Under the pieces are notes generated by a model, which was given only the letters and a program-made list of their open reading frames with translations, did no database searches and was not told the DNA's origin. From IMG/VR virus record IMGVR_UViG_2737471869_000010: a stretch of DNA of 4,817 nucleotides; one strand, 5' to 3'. Positions 1 through 4,817 of this stretch are shown here, piece after piece (within the stretch, counting starts at the first letter, position 1; every line of letters starts with the position of its first letter). The translations under genes were made by a program, and so were the position numbers. This DNA is from a virus (lineage: Duplodnaviria > Heunggongvirae > Uroviricota > Caudoviricetes).

Positions 1-3051
<3,051 letters not shown>

Positions 3052-3070
3052 TCACGCTCCATAAACGACA

Positions 3071-3090
3071 AAACCGCCCGGAGGCGGTTT
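3071..3090 (-). other. Perfect 8-bp stem / 4-nt loop hairpin in the I-J intergenic spacer (RNA structure on the late transcript; weak terminator-like or stability/attenuation element)
   Basis: Plus 3071-3078 aaaccgcc, loop 3079-3082 cgga, 3083-3090 ggcggttt; all 8 pairs are Watson-Crick. On the transcribed minus strand it reads AAACCGCC-UCCG-GGCGGUUU followed by UGUCGUUUAU, and sits about 22 nt upstream of the J start codon. Confidence 0.4.
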
Positions 3091-3108
3091 CACATAAAAC
3101 ATTTTTCA

Positions 3109-3756
3109 TCAGCGACCAATCACCACAACCTGACCACCATCACCTTCATCTGCCGTGCTGATCTCCTGAGATACCACCCGCGACCCCACGCGCATTTCAC
3201 CGTACAGAACAGGCAGAACATTGCCCTGGGCAACCATGTTATCCAGTGAGGAGAAATAGGTGTTCTGTTTGCCGTTATCTGTACTGGCTGCCGTGGGCGT
3301 CCTGGCTTTCGGTGCCAGCATCTGCGCCACACCACCCAGGATCATACTGGCCCCTGCTGCATACATACCCGATACAGCCGCGGCCCCCAGCCAGCCCACA
3401 GGGTTCCACCATGCCACCGCAATCAGCGCCGCACCCAGCACCGCCTGAAACACACCGCCACTTTTGGCACCCGCCAGACGCGGAACTATGTGGATCACGG
3501 CACCATTTGCCAGCGGCTCATTAAGACGGGCAGATAATTCGTTTTCACCTGCATCACGCCCGGCAATCCGTACCTGATACCAGCCGTCACTCAGTTTCTG
3601 ACGAAATGCTGGGACCTGTGTGGACAGCGCCCGGATGGCTTCAGCCCCCGTTTTTACACGAAGGTCGATGCGGCGGCCAAATCGTTGTAAATCCCCGTAA
3701 AGGCAGATGCGTGCCATGCCCGGTGACGCCAGAGGGAGTGTGTGCGTCGCTGCCAT
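3109..3756 (-). CDS. I: Tail tip assembly protein I (N-terminal ubiquitin-like beta-grasp domain ending in Gly-Gly, hydrophobic Gly/Ala-rich middle, conserved C-terminal region)
   Basis: Track ORF of 215 aa; start codon ATG confirmed by hand (plus 3754-3756 = cat) with first residues MAATH. N-terminus MAATHTLPLASPGMARICLYGDLQRFGRRIDLRVKTGAEAIRAL and C-terminus TDNGKQNTYFSSLDNMVAQGNVLPVLYGEMRVGSRVVSQEISTADEGDGGQVVVIGR match my recollection of lambda gpI. The start lies 103 nt inside the 3' end of K, the same overlap as the lambda K/I annotation. A purine-rich GAGAGAGG sits 11 nt upstream of the ATG. Confidence 0.9.
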   Translation of the reverse strand: MAATHTLPLASPGMARICLYGDLQRFGRRIDLRVKTGAEAIRALSTQVPAFRQKLSDGWYQVRIAGRDAGENELSARLNEPLANGAVIHIVPRLAGAKSGGVFQAVLGAALIAVAWWNPVGWLGAAAVSGMYAAGASMILGGVAQMLAPKARTPTAASTDNGKQNTYFSSLDNMVAQGNVLPVLYGEMRVGSRVVSQEISTADEGDGGQVVVIGR

Positions 3757-4397
3757 TTGTCGGTGTACCTCTCTCGTTTGCTCAGTTGTTCAGGAATATG
3801 GTGCAGCAGCTCGCCGTCACCACAGTAAATGGCGGCATGATTCGGCACCGATGAACCAAAACAGCACAGCAGCACATCGCCCGGTTGTGCTGATGACAAC
3901 GGCACCTGATGCAGCCCTGTGGCCTCCAGATTATCCAGATAGAGATTCTGGCCGTTACGCCACCAGTCATCCCCGCGATGAAAATCCGGCATCTCAATCC
4001 CCGCCAGATGGTAAGCATCCCGGAACAGTGTGTAACAGTCCGTCACCCCGTGCTCAAAGCGCCGCCCGGTGAGATGCGGCACACAGCGGAACTTATGAAT
4101 CGCCCCCCGGCAGACCAGCCACCACGGCAAATCACTCTGCACCTGCAGCCGCCGGTCAGCCTCACTCAGCCAGGGCAGACCACCGGGATGACTGTGGACC
4201 AGCGCCACAATCTCACCCTGCATTTCTGCCCGCAGCCAGTCCTCCGGCGACATCCGGAAATACGCCTCCGGCTCACCGGAGATATTCACGCAGGGAAAAT
4301 ATCTTTCTCCCTCCGGCATTCTCACCACGAAGCCGCACGACTCCGCTGACGCACATCGCCGGGCGTGCGCCAGAATCGCTGATTCTGTCTCTGTCAT
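3654..4397 (-). CDS. K: Tail tip assembly protein K; N-terminal MPN/JAMM (JAB) metalloprotease-like domain fused to a C-terminal NlpC/P60 (C40) cysteine peptidase-like domain
   Basis: Track ORF 3654..4472, trimmed to the first ATG at 4395-4397 (checked by hand: MTE...), giving 247 aa. JAMM motif H-x-H-x7-S-x2-D is present as HSHPGGLPWLSEAD (residues 68-81, plus coordinates 4155..4196, codons verified). An NlpC/P60-type Cys is in DCYTLF (Cys121, plus 4035..4037, verified), with downstream His candidates (NHAAIY, ELLHH). The start is 4 nt downstream of the L stop. The lambda-annotated 199-aa form would begin at the internal ATG at 4251-4253 (MSPEDWL). Confidence 0.88.
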   Translation of the reverse strand: MTETESAILAHARRCASAESCGFVVRMPEGERYFPCVNISGEPEAYFRMSPEDWLRAEMQGEIVALVHSHPGGLPWLSEADRRLQVQSDLPWWLVCRGAIHKFRCVPHLTGRRFEHGVTDCYTLFRDAYHLAGIEMPDFHRGDDWWRNGQNLYLDNLEATGLHQVPLSSAQPGDVLLCCFGSSVPNHAAIYCGDGELLHHIPEQLSKRERYTDKWQRRTHSLWRHRAWHASAFTGIYNDLAAASTFV

Positions 4398-4401
4398 GGG
4401 G

Positions 4402-4817
4402 TTACTGCGAAAGTTTGTTAATGGAAAGGTAGCCGCCAAAATTGCCGACGTTATTGCGGAACTTGCAACCACTCAGGCATTTGCTGCACTTATCCTTCGT
4501 GATATCGGACGTTGGCTGGTCATATTCATCCGAGACAGCCGGGCCATCATAACCGCACTCATCGCCGCGGTAGATCCAGGTGCAGGTGTTGGCCAGCATG
4601 ATGCGCCCCGGAAAAACAGCGCCATCCGTTTCCGTCGGTGTGGACAGCACAAAAAAGGCACTGACCGCGCTCAGTTCGCTGCACTGTTCGATGCGCCAGC
4701 GGCTGATCACCTCCTGCTCCGGATCGGCGTCACTGTTTCCGTTGACGAAGTTCACCGCATCCAGAAAACGGGCGTAAACCTTACGCCGGACCACCGTTCC
4801 GCCGACCAGACTCTGCA
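4402..4817 (-). CDS. L: Tail tip protein L, C-terminal 137 codons; 5' end lies beyond the right edge of the window
   Basis: Track ORF 4402..4794 starts at an internal GTG; I extended the frame by hand to the window edge and it stays open (..QSLVGGTVVRRKVYARFLDAVNFVNG..). The C-terminus with the Cys-rich segment CTWIYRGDECGY..DKCSKCLSGCKFRNN and ending ..GGYLSINKLSQ matches my recollection of lambda gpL. Stop codon TAA at plus 4402-4404. Confidence 0.93.
   Translation of the reverse strand, partial: QSLVGGTVVRRKVYARFLDAVNFVNGNSDADPEQEVISRWRIEQCSELSAVSAFFVLSTPTETDGAVFPGRIMLANTCTWIYRGDECGYDGPAVSDEYDQPTSDITKDKCSKCLSGCKFRNNVGNFGGYLSINKLSQ

Noticed and set aside
3071-3090. I-J hairpin as a strong Rho-independent terminator ending the late operon
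   Set aside because: The downstream tract is only moderately U-rich and J, an essential late gene, lies immediately downstream on the same transcript. It is more plausibly a minor attenuator or structural element, so I kept it as a low-confidence feature and not a terminator call.
3654-4472. Full 272-aa track ORF as the K protein
   Set aside because: The 25 codons upstream of the first ATG (4398..4472) overlap the L coding region and the track start is a non-ATG alternative codon. The ATG at 4397, 4 nt after the L stop, is the sensible start.
3120-4661. Minus-strand nested ORFs 3120..3335, 3782..4018 and 4473..4661
   Set aside because: They are alternative frames inside I, K and L respectively, with Cys/Arg/Trp-rich nonsense translations. 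The overlapping main frames match lambda tail proteins.
4580-4777. Plus-strand 65-aa ORF inside L
   Set aside because: Antisense to the conserved L C-terminus; short, with no motif or ribosome-binding site.

Overview
This window is the tail-tip module of a lambda-like (lambdoid) phage or prophage, with every real gene on the minus strand. Reading the minus strand 5'->3' (right to left in window coordinates) it contains the 3' part of L (4402..4817, 5' end off the right edge), K (3654..4397), I (3109..3756, overlapping the end of K by 103 nt in another frame), a 60-nt spacer with a perfect hairpin, and the first 1016 codons of J (1..3048, 3' end off the left edge). Gene order, the 4-nt L-K spacing, the 103-nt K/I overlap and the 60-nt I-J spacer all match what I recall of phage lambda, and the translated proteins match my recollection of lambda gpL, gpK, gpI and gpJ. 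No database search was run. All plus-strand ORFs in the track are antisense shadows of these genes. I see no rRNA, tRNA, CRISPR array, IS element or integrase. I do not find an undescribed system here: this is a well-known, conserved structural module. The points worth a second look are the K/I pair (a JAMM + NlpC/P60 peptidase next to a ubiquitin-like protein ending in Gly-Gly), the ambiguous K start, and the I-J hairpin.
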